In this document: piece by piece, positions 37,177-50,476 of the stretch
How the letters are laid out: each line of letters starts with the position of its first letter
Numbering within the stretch: the stretch's first letter is position 1
NCBI RefSeq assembly: GCF_964204645.1
Contig: NC_134027.1
Location: 124,001-188,000 of the forward strand
Direction: 5' to 3'
From: Tubulanus polymorphus
Lineage: Eukaryota > Animalia > Nemertea
DNA: 64,000 nt
The notes under the pieces: generated by a model
The model's database searches: none
Told to the model about the DNA's origin: nothing
Seen by the model: only the letters and a program-made list of their open reading frames with translations
Program-made: the position numbers and the translations under genes

Positions 37177-37541
37177 CCAATTCCACATTTCAGGACCCAG
37201 TTCCACATTTCAGGACCCAGTTCCACATTTCAGGACCTAGTTCCACATTTCAGGACTCAGTTCCTCATTTCAGGACCCAGTTCCACATTTCAGGACCCAG
37301 TTCCACATTTCAGGACCTAGTTCCACATTTCAGGACTCAGTTCCTCATTTCAGGACCCAGTTCCATATTTCTAGACCCAGTTCCACAGTTCTGGATCCAG
37401 TTCCACAGTTCTGAATCGAGTTCCACAGTTCAGGATCGAGTTCCACAGTTCTGGATCCAGTTCCACAGTTCTGAATCGAGTTCCACAGTACTGGATCGAG
37501 TTCCACAGTACTGGATCCAGTTCCACAGTTCTGGATCCAGT
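37177..37541. repeat. 20-bp minisatellite (CCAGTTCCACA core), ~18 copies in two sub-arrays
   Basis: TTCCACATTTCAGGACCCAG units switching to TTCCACAGTTCTGGATCCAG units at ~37370. Confidence 0.96.
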
Positions 37542-37879
37542 AAGGCACATAAGGATTAGAGCACTGAAACTAAAACGTAGCGGACACAGTGAGTGGATCG
37601 TTAATGATGTGCGGGTTTTTATATATAGTTCACAGATCGATAGATGGTCAGATAAATATAATGATTAATCAGAGAGAGAGAGAGAGGGGGGAGGGAGGGG
37701 GACCAGGTGAACGGGAGAGATGTTGAATTATTCAAGCACCGAACATCTATTTGATGTCGGATTCCAGAGATCTCGCGTTCAATGCAGACGAAATGTAATA
37801 AAAATGCATAATTCATTAGTAGTTGATAAATGACCGCGGAACATCTAAATGATTGTACAAAGATAGAGAGTGAGAGGGA

Positions 37880-38257
37880 GGGAGGTAGCGGGAGAGAGAG
37901 CGAGGTGGAGATGGGGAGAGAGAGGGAGCGGGATAGAGGTACAGAGAGGGAGGGGAGATGGGGAGAGAGGGAGCGGGATAGAGGTACAGAGAGGGAGGGA
38001 AGATGGGGAGAGAGAGGGAGCGGGATAGAGGTACTGAGAGGGAGGGGAGATGGGGAGAGAGAGGGAGCGGGATAGAGGTACTGAGAGGGAGGGGAGATGG
38101 GGAGAGAGAGGGAGCGGGATAGAGGTACAGAGAGGGAGGGGAGATGGGGAGAGAGGGAGCGGGATAGAGGTACAGAGAGGGAGGGAAGATGGGGAGAGAG
38201 AGGGAGCGGGATAGAGGTACTGAGAGGGAGGGGAGATGGGGAGAGAGGGAGAGAGGA
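37880..38257. repeat. GA-rich tandem repeat (~41-43-bp unit)
   Basis: Recurrent GAGCGGGATAGAGGTAC(A/T)GAGAGGGAGGGGAGATGGG. Confidence 0.92.
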
Positions 38258-39202
38258 CATCAGAAATTAGGATATATACCTGACTATAATTAGAACAGAA
38301 TGATGAATAAATCAGACATGTATTTTACATTAGGAAATACACATTCACCTCTAAATTCTTACTGCATTCATAAAAACAAAGAAAGTGAAATAAATGTGTA
38401 ACGAAACATTAGAACCACATTAAACCAGAAATATCAATTATCATTGAATTGATATGTCTAAAAATTCGATATTTTTCTGATATCCTCAAAGACGCTTCGC
38501 TTCCTTTAATACAGAATAATGCAGAAATAATTCTAATAAATTAAAGTAATATGTGGGCAAATGTCTACTTTGATTTTCTGCAGTTTCACAGGTTTAAATT
38601 ATTTCGAATTTGTATTTTAGATAATGCCTTTTTGATGGTCGCTACCCTTTACTGCTATTGAAAACGTCCCTTAAAAATTCGACTTCAACTTCCGTGGATC
38701 TAATTAAAAACTTGAACCTAACATCATCGCCACAATTCGTTAACGGACAGATTTTATCGGTAACTCCCGTAAGAGAACCACTTATAGGACACTAGAAACC
38801 ACGTGAACCAATGACGTCATTCTCAACGGGCAGAAAAAGGAAATGAAAATTTCTCGTATTCGAGTAAAATGATCTCGATGTCGTTTTTCCTAAAAGACAA
38901 ACTGTGTAAACGACACGGCGGTTCGATGTGGAATTATAGCGACTCGTTATTAGAGACCGACTACCATCAAATAACAATTTAATGACATCCAAACTGATGC
39001 CGGTCACATCTGCAGTCTGATAAGATGATGTGATCCGGAGATATCGAGAAATGTCTTCACAAAACCCCCATCATATTCACGGCGTAATTGCTTCTACAAG
39101 CTGACGATAATGACGTGCGCAAGACGCTATCATGTTTTCAAATCCTCGTCTAAGTCAACAATATTAAGTTCTTATGCGAAATTTCAGCTCGAAATTAATG
39201 CT

Positions 39203-39864
39203 GGAGAGAGAGAGGGGAGAGAGAGAGAGGGGAGAGAGGGGGAGAGGGAGAGAGGGGAGAGAGAGGGAGAGAGGGGGAGAGGGGAGAGAGGGGGAGAGGG
39301 GAGAGAGAAGAGAGAGAGGGGGAGAGGGGGAGAGGGGAGAGAGGTGGAGAGAGGGAGAGAGGGGGAGGGCGGGAGAGGGGGAGAGAGAGGGAGAGAGAGA
39401 GAGGGGGAGAGAGGAGAGAGGGGAGAGAGGGGGAGAGGGGGGAGAGAGAGGGAGGGAGGGGAGAGAGGGGAGAGAGGGGGAGAGGGAGAGAGGTGGAGAG
39501 GGAGAGAGGGAGAGAGGGGGAGAGGGAGAGAGGGAGAGAGGGGGAGAGGGAGAGAGGGAGAGAGGGAGAGAGGTGGAGAGGGGAGAGAGGGAGAGAGGGA
39601 GAGGGAGAGAGGGGGAGGGCGGGAGAGGGGGAGAGAGAGGGAGAGAGGGAGAGAGGGAGAGGGCGGGAGAGACGGAGAGAGAGGGGAGATGGAGAGAGGG
39701 AGAAGGGGAGAGGGGGAGAGAGGGGGAGAGGGGAGAGAGGGAGAGAGGTGGAGAGGGGGGAGGGCGGGAGAGGGGGAGAGAGAGGGAGAGAGGGAGGGCG
39801 GGAGAGAGGGGGAGAGAGAGAGAGGGGAGAGGGAGAGAAGGTGGAGAGGGAGAGAGAGAGAGAG
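39203..39864. repeat. 660-bp polypurine (G/A) low-complexity tract
   Basis: Almost only G and A; explains the spurious R/E/G-rich ORFs. Confidence 0.95.
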
Positions 39865-39889
39865 AAAAAAAAAAAAAAAAAAAATAAAA

Positions 39890-39925
<36 letters not shown>

Positions 39926-41117
39926 CAGCCGTTAAGCCGAAAACAAATGAACAACGGCGAAATTCACTTTTGAATAATTTGTCAAATTAACAACTGCGTT
40001 TCAATTATCGGATTTTTGAGGTTGCTTTGTAATTTGTGCTGTTGGTCAAGACCAGGAGGAGGCTTTATCATCTAGAGTTGAATTTCAGCTAAATGTTTTT
40101 TATTTTAGTAGATTCAAGTATTTCACATGGAAATATTAAAGTATTGCCTGATTGTTTGATGGATCCGAGTAAAAGTTTGAAACTAATCAAACTATTAAAG
40201 ATATAGTTTTACTGTGGCTATGGAGCTGAATTCTAAATGAAGTCTAATCTACGATCAATTTCAACAATTTTTAAATTAACGTCGGTATCGAATTAACTGG
40301 TGGTCTGTGGAGTCGGCGGAGAGGTCTGTGCTGTCTGTCTGTCTGTCTGTCTGTGCTGTCTGTCTGTGCTGTCTGTCTGTCTGTGCTGTCTGTCTGTCTG
40401 TCGTCTATCTGCCCTTTGTGTTTGCTTTCATAATAACCAGTATCTAGCATGCCACTTTCTCTCCCCTCCCCCTCTCTCTCCCCTCCCTCTCTCTCCCCTC
40501 CCTCCCTCTCCCTCTCTCAACTCTCTGTCCTTTCACTTTCCCCCTCTCTCTCCCTCTCTCCCTCTCTCCCTCCCTCTCTCACTCTCTCCCATTGTCCTCT
40601 CATATCTAATTTCTCACCATCCCTTTCCCCTCTCCTACCTCACCATCTCTCTCCTCTCTACCTTACTCTCCCTTCTCTCTCCCACTCTATTTTCTCTCCC
40701 CTCCCTTCTCCCTCCACCCTTCTCACGATTGGGTAAGTATTTGTGATTTGATTACGCTTATAAAGTCTAGCTGAGACCAATGACGATGAACTAGTGAAGT
40801 GTAAGAGACAGGATTCAGATCCCGCTCTCAGGGCCCGCCGCCGCCGCCGCCGACAAGCGCCCACCGGTCTAATGAAATATACAAACAACACGAGCCGCGC
40901 GCGCGTCGTTCACAGCAGGTGAGATTAAATCATATCAATCTGAAATCTCATCCGAGCGTGAAAAATATCAGAAAATATCTCACAATTGATATAAACTGTA
41001 AACAAGAGAATTATGACGGTTTCGACTCGAGTCGCTTTTGATGTTCGATCGATCGCAAACAAAAGACTAACAAAGTGGAACCGTCACATCTTTCATCTTG
41101 AATACGATCCCACAGTA

Positions 41118-41237
<120 letters not shown>

Positions 41238-41801
41238 CTCGCTCGGCACCGGAGAAAACAGCGAATTCTAAATTGAATTTTGAATTCGTCGATGATGAGG
41301 AAAGAGACGAGAGGAGAACGAGACGGAGAGAGGAGAGACAGAGAGAGGGAGAAAGGAGAGAGAGGAGAGAGAGAGAGGGGGAGGGAGAGAGAGAGGCCAC
41401 GGACTGATAGTTTTTATATTTTACATCTCTGTGTTAGAAATCGATAAACTACACGTGAGATAAAACAGAAATCAACATCATCAACACGTCACTCAGTGAT
41501 CATATCTCAACTGACATCTTTCATTATATCAAAGATTGTAAAAACAAAACCATCCGAGACACGAGTGGTATTTCAATGGGTTACAATCCCATCGAAAATA
41601 GAATAATCTAGAATTACCAAACACGGATTAAAACTGTGATCAGTCGGATTTACAGCAGCAAGGGTTAGGTAATAGAAACTGATTGTATTTCATTGCTTTT
41701 ACACCAAAAAAATAACATCAAAAGAGTCCCTGGCAATTGAGTAATTGATACTGAGTTTGATCACAAAAACGACACATTAAAAATCGTAGAAGTCGAGAAC
41801 G

Positions 41802-42858
41802 TCTGGAGGTAGTTTATATTGAGTCTGGAGGCAGGTTAAACTGAGTCTCTCGCTGGAGGCGAGTTAAATTGAGTCTCTCACTGGAGGCAGGTTAAACTGA
41901 GTCTCTCGCTGGAGGCAGGTTAAACTGAGTCTCTCGCTGGAGGCAGGTTAAACTGAGTCTCTCACTGGAGGCAGGTTAAACTGAGTCTCTCACTGGAGGC
42001 AGGTTAAATTGAGTCTCTCACTGGAGGCAGGTTAAACTGAGTCTCTCGCTGGAGGCAGGTTAAATTGAGTCTCTCACTGGAGGCAGGTTAAACTGAGTCT
42101 CTCGCTGGAGGCAGGTTAAACTGAGTCTCTCGCTGGAGGCAGGTTAAACTGAGTCTCTCGCTGGAGGCAGGTTAAACTGAGTCTCTCGCTGGAGGCGGGT
42201 TAAACTGAGTCTCTCACTGGAGGCGGGTTAAACTGAGTCTCTCGCTGGAGGCGGGTTAAACTGAGTCTCTCGCTGGAGGCAGGTTAAACTGAGTCTCTCG
42301 CTGGAGGCGGGTTAAACTGAGTCTCTCGCTGGAGGCGGGTTAAACTGAGTCTCTCGCTGGAGGCAGGTTAAACTGAGTCTCTCACTGGAGGCAGGTTAAA
42401 CTGTCTCTCGCTGGAGGCAGGTTAAATTGAGTCTCTCACTGGAGGCGGGTTAAACTGAGTCTCTCGCTGGAGGCAGGTTAAATTGAGTCTCTCACTGGAG
42501 GCAGGTTAAACTGTCTCTCGCTGGAGGCAGGTTAAATTGAGTCTCTCACTGGAGGCAGGTTAAACTGAGTCTCTCGCTGGAGGCAGGTTAAATTGAGTCT
42601 CTCACTGGAGGCGGGTTAAACTGAGTCTCTCACTGGAGGCGGGTTAAACTGAGTCTCTCACTGGAGGCAGGTTAAACTGAGTCTCTCGCTGGAGGCAGGT
42701 TAAACTGAGTCTCTCGCTGGAGGCAGGTTAAATTGAGTCTCTCACTGGAGGCGGGTTAAACTGAGTCTCTCACTGGAGGCGGGTTAAACTGAGTCTCTCA
42801 CTGGAGGCAGGTTAAACTGAGTCTCTCGCTGGAGGCAGGTTAAACTGAGTCTCTCACT
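41802..42858. repeat. 28-bp minisatellite, ~37 copies
   Basis: Unit CTGGAGGC(A/G)GGTTAAA(C/T)TGAGTCTCTC(A/G), head-to-tail. Confidence 0.97.
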
Positions 42859-43846
42859 GTCTCTGTCTTTCACTCTCACTCTCACTCTCTCTCTCTCACT
42901 CTCTCTCAATCTCAATCTCTGAGATTTCTTTTATGAATATCGAAACTCGACGGAAAAAACTTGAGATATGAAACGACTTCAGCGATTGGTTGAAATGTTA
43001 CTGATACATTGATATATGAACCATACCTTATCAGTGATATTTCCATCGTTGCATCTTGCTGCTCCCGGAGGCTGCATAATCAATGTTGAATTACCAGGGA
43101 ACGTCTCGGCATCTCAGCGCTCGCTGATTCGCCGAGATCGTCGAAGATGATTGAAGTTAATTGAAGCTAATTTCAGAACTGTCCTCAATAAAATGGTTCA
43201 AATAATCTTCGTTCGATTCAATTCGCATAATAATCTAAGACCCAACACTATCATTGTTTACATCGTCAAAATCTATTTAGAATATTAATTATTGTATATA
43301 TGTACAGATTGACTTATCATAGATATACAAACACTGATCTGATGGGAAACATAATTTAACAAATATTAGTAGCGGAGTTGGATAAAATGTATATCGATAA
43401 TGAAATGGTCCCAATATGAGATTGTCGTGAAGATTGGTCAGACTGGTGACTGACTGAGAGACACCGTTTCACCAAGATCTGTCATACACACACATCATCA
43501 ACATCATCCATTGAAGCGTCGATGCAAACCAGAAAATAAATACATAAAAACTGAAGAAAAAACATATTATACGTTTTGAGGAGTTGGTATAAATAGCCCG
43601 GGGGCCCACAGGAGATGCAGAGCCCAGTGACGTAAAGATACCCTGGGCACAGTCTCAGCTCAACTGTGAACTCAAAGCCCTTGAGATACCAGGGCCCAGG
43701 TTCCCAAAAAAATTAATGCTTTATTGATTTTAATTTTTTCATCAATTTGGAATAATGTAAGATGTATTTAAGAGTTGAAAACTAGACGAAACCAAACAGT
43801 TCAATAGCAACAATTTGAACCATGAAATCTCGTAATTTATCTGTCG

Positions 43847-44002
43847 TTTCAGATGACATGTAACTGGTGCACTGTACTGCTCAGTATAGAGCGGTTAATC
43901 GTCGTATCGCTTCCAATGAAATCTCGTAAATTTCCAAAGAAATTGATATCAGTTACGGGGATGGTGTTTATTTCACTGTTAAGGTTTTTGTGGGTTATTT
44001 AA
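43847..44002 (+). pseudogene. Fragment (TM3-TM4) of the same GPCR family, copy 3
   Basis: Translates FQMTCNWCTVLLSIERLIVVSLPMKSRKFPKKLISVTGMVFISLL, then a +1 frameshift and stop; closely matches copies 1 and 2. Confidence 0.9.
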
Positions 44003-45569
44003 TTTTCACTCAATCGTCCTATGAAAGTCTGCCCGTGGATCCACCCCTGTCAGGTCTATTAGTCAAACGGTTTTTTTCCCCGGAGGGAAAAGTCTTTAAA
44101 CTGATTAAAGAATTTCAGAATTATCAGTTTAAACGTCATTGAGACTGAGAGCTGCGCGAGCGTCAATACTTGTCAACTTGTGAAATCTTGTTACAACGAA
44201 ATGATAAGCGTTCACTTCGTCTTGTTAAATAAAAATGTCACTTAAATCATTAATTCTCAAGAGTGAATCATACTTTGCCATCACCTTCCCTCGTACCAGT
44301 CTCTGCAGCCCTCATCCCGCTGGCGCATAATCGATCCACTCCGTACTCAGCCTCCGGTATAATTTTTGTTTCTCCCAAAAGCCATTTTGATTTTAAACCC
44401 GACAAGTTTGCAAATAATGTCATCGCATCTGAAACATGATGCATTTCTCTTCTGATCATCGTCAGGAGCTGCTGAATTTAATACCGAGCAATTCACAACA
44501 GTAAAATTGATTTGAGAATTAGATTGAATTTTCAGCGGCGAAACATGCAATGAAATTGACTGAAATGATTACACAAACTTATCTCTCTCCTCTCCCTCTC
44601 TCCCTTCTCCCTCCAACTCTCTCCCTCTCCCCTCTCCTCTCCCTCTCCTCTCTCCCTTCTCCCTCCAACTCTCTCTCCCTCTCCCAAACACTCTCTCCCT
44701 CCCTTTCCTCTTTCCCTCCAACTCTCTCACCAACCCTAGCCTCTCTCTCCTCTCCCTCCAACTCTCTCTCTCCCTCTCCCAAACACTCTCTCCCTCTCTC
44801 TCCTCTCCCTCCAACTCTCTCTCTCCCTCTCTCCTAATAACCAGTTCGTCCTCATTGCTTCTTCATCACACAATTTAAAATCCACCTTTAATGGAAAAAC
44901 ACATTTATTCCTTTTTACAAAAACCACTTTGATGAATTATCAATATCGGTCTGTATCACAGAGAGACAGCTTTCTCCCTCTCACGGGGGGGGGGCGGGGG
45001 AGGGGGTGGTCGTATATAGCAGGTTTCAATCATCAATATTGATATATGACGGAGGGTGAGAGGGCGGCAGGGAGGAGAGAGAGAGGAATCTTTTGATGCG
45101 AGAAAAGAGATCTAATGTTCATCACACCTGTCTATTCATATCGATGTCATAAAACAACTAGTACAGAACAAATTCTACAAAACGTCTTCTATCTATCATT
45201 GATCTCTGAACCTGACGCCGCTGCCGCTGCTGCTGCTGCTGCTGTCGATGTTTTCTGTTTTTTTTCCCAATATGCACATTTTCTATTATCGATGTTCCGA
45301 CACTATAAATATGAGACGGAACGACACAGGTTTTTACACACGGATCACAATTAACAATCTGCCGCAGCTGCAGGATACCATAAAAAAAATCATTCAAACT
45401 TTCACAACCTTTTTCGAAGTTTCTTGTACCCGCAATTTTACAGTTTCCAGTAAAGTCTTGATTGTTAGAACATTGAAAACCATTGATGAGACAATCGGAG
45501 TCTGTGTTGTTGCGATAATACAATCTCTGCACTTAAACAAAGTCCGAAAATGTTTCCTTCAGTATTTTG

Positions 45570-45740
45570 TAATTTTGTATCTAATTGATGATAAAATATA
45601 TATAATATCATTCCTGAATATGACGATTAGGATATACGTCGAGACGTCGAATAAAAAGCCATTAGCTCGAGGAAACATTTCAGACTCTTTTACTCTTAAT
45701 GAGCTGGGATTTAATACAACACGGACTCAAAGTGTTTCAT
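45570..45740 (+). mobile_element. Decayed Penelope-like pLTR remnant with inactivated hammerhead
   Basis: ATTC-CTGAATA-TGACGATTAGGATATACGTC-GAGA-CGTC-GAAT (45610-45652), homologous to 50374-50415 with two core substitutions; downstream CTGGGATT...CAACACGGA...AGTGTT family tail. Confidence 0.6.
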
Positions 45741-46513
45741 ATATATTTCTGATTTCTAGATTTGACACTCGATGAATTTGACACGAATTTGTAGGTGATG
45801 AGAGGGGTTTATCAAGTTTTATAGATTTGATATGCTACTGATGTTACCCTTATACCGTGGATCAATGCTAATCCGACTCCACAATCCGGCACAAAAGCAA
45901 GATTAATTTTCCTTTTAGCATTCCATCTACGCGTAACGGGCAGCAAGATGGATGCGATTTGTAAGACGCATGCTTGAAAGGAATTAGTTTGAGAATGATA
46001 GATGACCGATGGACACAGATCCTTCTCTCCTTCTATATCTCAATTCGCGCCTCCCTTTTTTACGCATTATTCTAAATACCTTTTATAGGTAGTAAGAAGC
46101 TTTCATCGATTTACACGCGCGCGCGTCCTCGCGCGGTGACTGATTAGATAAAAACAACAGGAAAAACATGTACAAGTTCAGCATAGGGGCAATGTTTGGT
46201 AGAATCTGACTTCATTCCATTTAATATTTATATATGTGTTGTGAAATTGTTTGTGAAATATCAACTTATTCGAAGTTCTAATTTTCCACAGAACCTTTTT
46301 GATAAAAAATATACAAGTACATTATGAGGATATCTAGCAATGGAATCAGATATTGTTGAAATCAGACAATGAATATTGTTAGTGATTATATTTGACCACA
46401 CCTGACTGGTCACCACAGCTCGCTGGCCACCATTGACCACACGTGACTTGTCGCCACACAGCACACTGGTCACCACTGACAAGAGAAACCTACACGCCTT
46501 CTACAACTACTGA

Positions 46514-46740
46514 TCTATGGTCAAGTGGTTAGCATACTCCGATGGCAAGCTGGAGGTCTCGGGTTCGAGCCCTGCTATAGGTTAGGGTTACAGTTGACGG
46601 TTCGGCTTGGTAACAAATTTTGTGATCCTCTTGAGCTCACTTCGTGGACTAAGCTTTTGCTCGGGTTAAACGCAATTACATAATGAATTGGGTTCAAGTT
46701 AATACCATAGAAACCGTGGCCAGGTCTTTCCCTTTTTTAT
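46514..46740 (+). mobile_element. tRNA-derived SINE-like element (3' end approximate)
   Basis: Box A TGGTCAAGTGG (46518) and box B GGTTCGAGCCC (46562) in a tRNA-like head with no valid cloverleaf, followed by a non-tRNA body ending in a T-rich run. Confidence 0.55.
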
Positions 46741-47565
46741 ATAGTATTCGCTGGTTTTGTTCTGGTGGTATACCGATACTCGGGGGCAGACACTCGACTC
46801 ACCCGTGAGTCCCGGAGTCGTGAACGCTCGCTCCTGCTAGAATCACCTCCTCGCCGTAAAAAACAAAAAGGTTTCGATATAATTACACGTAATAATTGTC
46901 GGTATCGCTATAAAATTACCGGCTTTGATGTGAACAGCACTTCACACATATTCACACCGAGTTCAGATTGCACTCAATAATAACTCTCCCCCTCTCTCCC
47001 CCTCTCTCTCCCTCTCTCTACTCGCACCACCCCGAGCCCTGGCTGTAAAAATACCGACAAATTGAATTAGCAATTCCATGCATGGAGCGTATTATTAAAC
47101 ATTCGTCAGTTTCCTGTGTGGCTTAAAAGCATCATAAAGACTGACACGAAACGCCATCAGCCGTCGCCATCATCGCCAGTCCTGGAAATATGGATAAAGA
47201 GAGCATCACGCCATCAAACGCTAACATGAAAACGTAATGAAACATGTATCATATTAACGATAGTTGTGGCGTGGAATTCATAATAAATACCATCTAATTA
47301 TCTTAACGCGATAGAAGACTGACGTTACAGTACCGGAGCGCTCCACCGACTGCAGTAACGGTATCGGAGTGCTCCGGATTCTGACAGCGATCGCCAGTGG
47401 AAAATTGAGATTTTTTGGAGACTCAAACGATGATTCGCATGATATCTGACCTGCAGCACCGGTACTACTTAGCATCAGCAGCAGTACCACTGGTACCATC
47501 AGCATCAGCAACATCAGCATTATCAGTAGCAGTTGCAGCATCATCAGTAGCAGTATTAGCACCAG

Positions 47566-47772
47566 CATCAGTGAAATCATTTTTGGATCTTGATTTAAAC
47601 AGTTAAACTCGATCGTGATTTTATTGGTGGTGTCAATCAGGAAACTGTTCATTTGATATCGAGGCGGGCGCCGTCCCAGCGCCGTCTGCGTGAATTCTAC
47701 TACTGCTTCCAAGGTCATTTATCATCGTTTCGATATCGTGTGTCAACGTGCGACAGCGGAAACAAAAACTGA
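47566..47772 (-). repeat. 207-bp dispersed duplicate, copy B
   Basis: Reverse complement of 12368-12574. Confidence 0.95.
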
Positions 47773-48824
47773 TCGACAGAGCTGCGCCTGCGCCATCTGA
47801 CAATATTCATATAAAGCGTTTATTATCAACAGCAGTTGTGAGTCACGGGTTAATTAGCGCACTGAGAGAGAGTCATGGGTTAATTAGTTAAGACGTCCAG
47901 AGGTCAAATCAATTCTCAGCGCAGATTATATCCACTACCTGCCTGTATTAAAGAGCGTCACAGCGCGTCAGATTGGATGTCACACAAAGCGCGTCAGATT
48001 GGGCGTCACACAAAGCGCGTCAGATTGGACGTCAAGCGTCAGCGTTTTACTGAAGTTATAACTCAACGTTCCACTGCTATTTGACGTCCGATATGACGTA
48101 TTTAAACAATACGTATGACGTCAGTGTAATTGTCTCAAAACCACCAGTTCTTACAAAACACGATTATATATTTCTTTCAATTTTCTTGAAAAATTATTTC
48201 ACTTTTGGAATATGAAATTAACGATAATAATTAATTTTTCATAATTAATCAAATTCTAAGTCGATTTTCGGCATAAAGAAAATCATATTCGATCCTGAAT
48301 AAAAAAGATTAGAACCAAAAATTTCATTAGCTTTCAAACTTCCACCAACCCTAAAACCGGACACGGACCATCATAGTTATGGGCATCATTATTCAAACAT
48401 TTCTTTCCAGGTTTTCATTCTCTCAAAAATTTCCCGTTATGTTATTCATAATTTAAAGGGGCTGCAATGATACAGCGATGATACAGTGAGAGCTAAGAAT
48501 CTTGATATTATCAAGTGTGATATTGATATTATGAGTGAAGTGTTTTGAGTTTTACTCCTTCGGGTAAAATGACAATAATAATTCCATTAATCAACTTATT
48601 GCTTGCACAGATCATTGCCTCTCTCTCTCCGTGCTCTCTCCTCTCTCTCTCTCCGTGCTCTCTCTCTCTCTCTCTCTTTCTCACCCTCACCAGTCGGGTT
48701 ATGATTGGCACGTCAGTTATTATAAAATCAACCAATAGCATCAGAGAGAAATATGAAACTGATAACTCAGCAGGAAGTGCGATCATTCATTCGTGGAGTA
48801 TAAACTAGAAAAACAGCTTTACTC

Positions 48825-48969
48825 TCCACAGTCTAGCCAGTTCCACAGTCGTGCCAGTTCCACAGTCTAGCCAGTTCCACAGTCTAGCGTGGATCCAGTT
48901 CCACAGTTGTGGATCCAGTTCCACAGTCAATCCAGTTCCACAGTCTAGCGTGGATACAGTTCCACAGTT
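48825..48969. repeat. Variable-period (17-23 bp) CCAGTTCCACAGT array
   Basis: ~7 copies of the core with variable linkers (CTAG, CGTG, CTAGCGTGGAT). Confidence 0.85.
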
Positions 48970-49049
48970 ATGTGGGTTTGACTTGAATTTTTTTTTGAAA
49001 TACAATTGTGCCTTTGTTATTTGATACCTATATTATATTTTTTAACTTG

Positions 49050-49271
49050 ACTCTGGATCCAGTTCCACATTTGTTGAGGTTTACTCTGGATCCAGTTCCA
49101 CATTTGTCGAGGTTTACTCTGGATCCAGTTCCACATTTGTCGAGGTTTACTCTGGATCCAGTTCCACATTTGTCGAGGTTTACTCTGGATCCAGTTCCAC
49201 ATTTGTCGAGGTTTACTCTGGATCCAGTTCCACATTTGTCGAGGTTTACTCTGGATCCAGTTCCACATTTG
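49050..49271. repeat. 33-bp minisatellite, ~7 copies (CCAGTTCCACA core)
   Basis: Unit ACTCTGGATCCAGTTCCACATTTGTCGAGGTTT. Confidence 0.96.
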
Positions 49272-50048
49272 CGTGGGTTTAATCTATTTGAGAATTAGAA
49301 TAAACTTGCGATGTTAAGAACTTGTGCTGATCAATGAGAACAAGAGACATTTTTCTGTAATCGTGATCACCATAAAAATCCCGACCATTTTGCGGACCCT
49401 CGAAATCAGCATAATAAAGGCATAATTTGATTGCGTTTGTGACGAAGACAGTAGCTAGCAATCAGTAAGAACTAATTCACAATCTCTCTCTCCCTCTCTC
49501 TCTTCTCTCACTCTTCTCTCTTCTCTCTCTCGAGACTGGGGGAGATCGTTCTATGACATACAATTACCGCACAAATTCTTCTGTGACATGACTTTCATTT
49601 GTGAGTTGATATATGAATACTTTGTATGTCGTCGCACATCAGACTTTCAACTCACCGAGATCAACTCTCAACATTAACCAGTCAATACAGGACTGCAATC
49701 CCACAGATATTCGTCACACCTGAAAAGTGTATCCCCGACCCGGGCCCGGGCCCAAATTTTAGCACTGGTCAAATTGTAGAGTGGTGAATGCAAACTATTC
49801 CCGGAAGTATCTCGCTTACCGCAGCACTGTTTTGATATCTCCTAAATTAGGTACGGATCAAATATATCAAATATCACCCGGAATACTGTCTATATATGCT
49901 ACATGTTACTCCGCGTCACAAACTGCCATATATATCAAATCGCTATTTCACCATTTCACCGCTATTTTCTTAACTAACAGAAAGTTTAAATCATCGTATG
50001 CGAAAGTTCCAATGAAAATATCAATAAGGATGAATAATCAATAATTTT

Positions 50049-50476
50049 CACGATTGGTAGAACACTATATCCGTGTTGACGCGATGAGGAGAGAATCCCA
50101 CAATGATAATAAAAAAAGTCCGAAAATGAAACTTCGAGATAGCAGTTTATTTCAACGTTTCGACTATATCCTAAATGACTTTAAGTTTCATTTATATTTA
50201 TACTCACTATTTTTGTTTATAATTACCCCTTAGTTTGCTTCCCTTTAATCTATTTTAGCGTGTAACTGTTTCTACGTTAATTTTCCTTTAGTTTGTATCA
50301 TCTCTGATTACTTGAATTAGTCTCTTTGTCTCTGGATTGTATATATATCTCATAATTTCTGTAGTATCTCATTATTCCTGAAGATGACTATTAGGATATA
50401 GTCGAAACGTTGAAATAAACTACTATCTCGAAGTTTCATTTTCGGACTTTTTATTATCATTGTGGGATTCTCTCCT
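50049..50476 (+). mobile_element. Penelope-like non-autonomous insertion: pLTR with hammerhead plus 5' inverted partial copy
   Basis: Inverted repeat 50087-50174 vs 50391-50476 (1 mismatch, one 2-nt indel); hammerhead core at 50378-50411; direct repeat TAATCAATAATTTT at 50035-50048 and 50476-50489. Confidence 0.8.
50372..50418 (+). ncRNA. Minimal type I hammerhead ribozyme motif
   Basis: TTATTC-CTGAAGA-T-GACTAT(TAGGAT)ATAGTC-GAAA-CGTT-GAAATAA: both core boxes, perfect 6-bp stem II, palindromic AACGTT in place of stem III, bulged stem I. Confidence 0.65.

Noticed and set aside
39110-39990. Arg/Glu/Gly-rich ORFs up to 260 aa
   Set aside because: Translation of a polypurine tract with no domain signal.
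41802-42858. 28-bp repeat array resembling CRISPR repeat length
   Set aside because: No spacers; contiguous tandem units in a eukaryotic context.
45158-45775. Overlapping 124-aa (-) and 175-aa (+) ORFs near the Penelope remnant, considered as a GIY-YIG relic
   Set aside because: No GIY/YIG or RT motif could be read in the frames examined.
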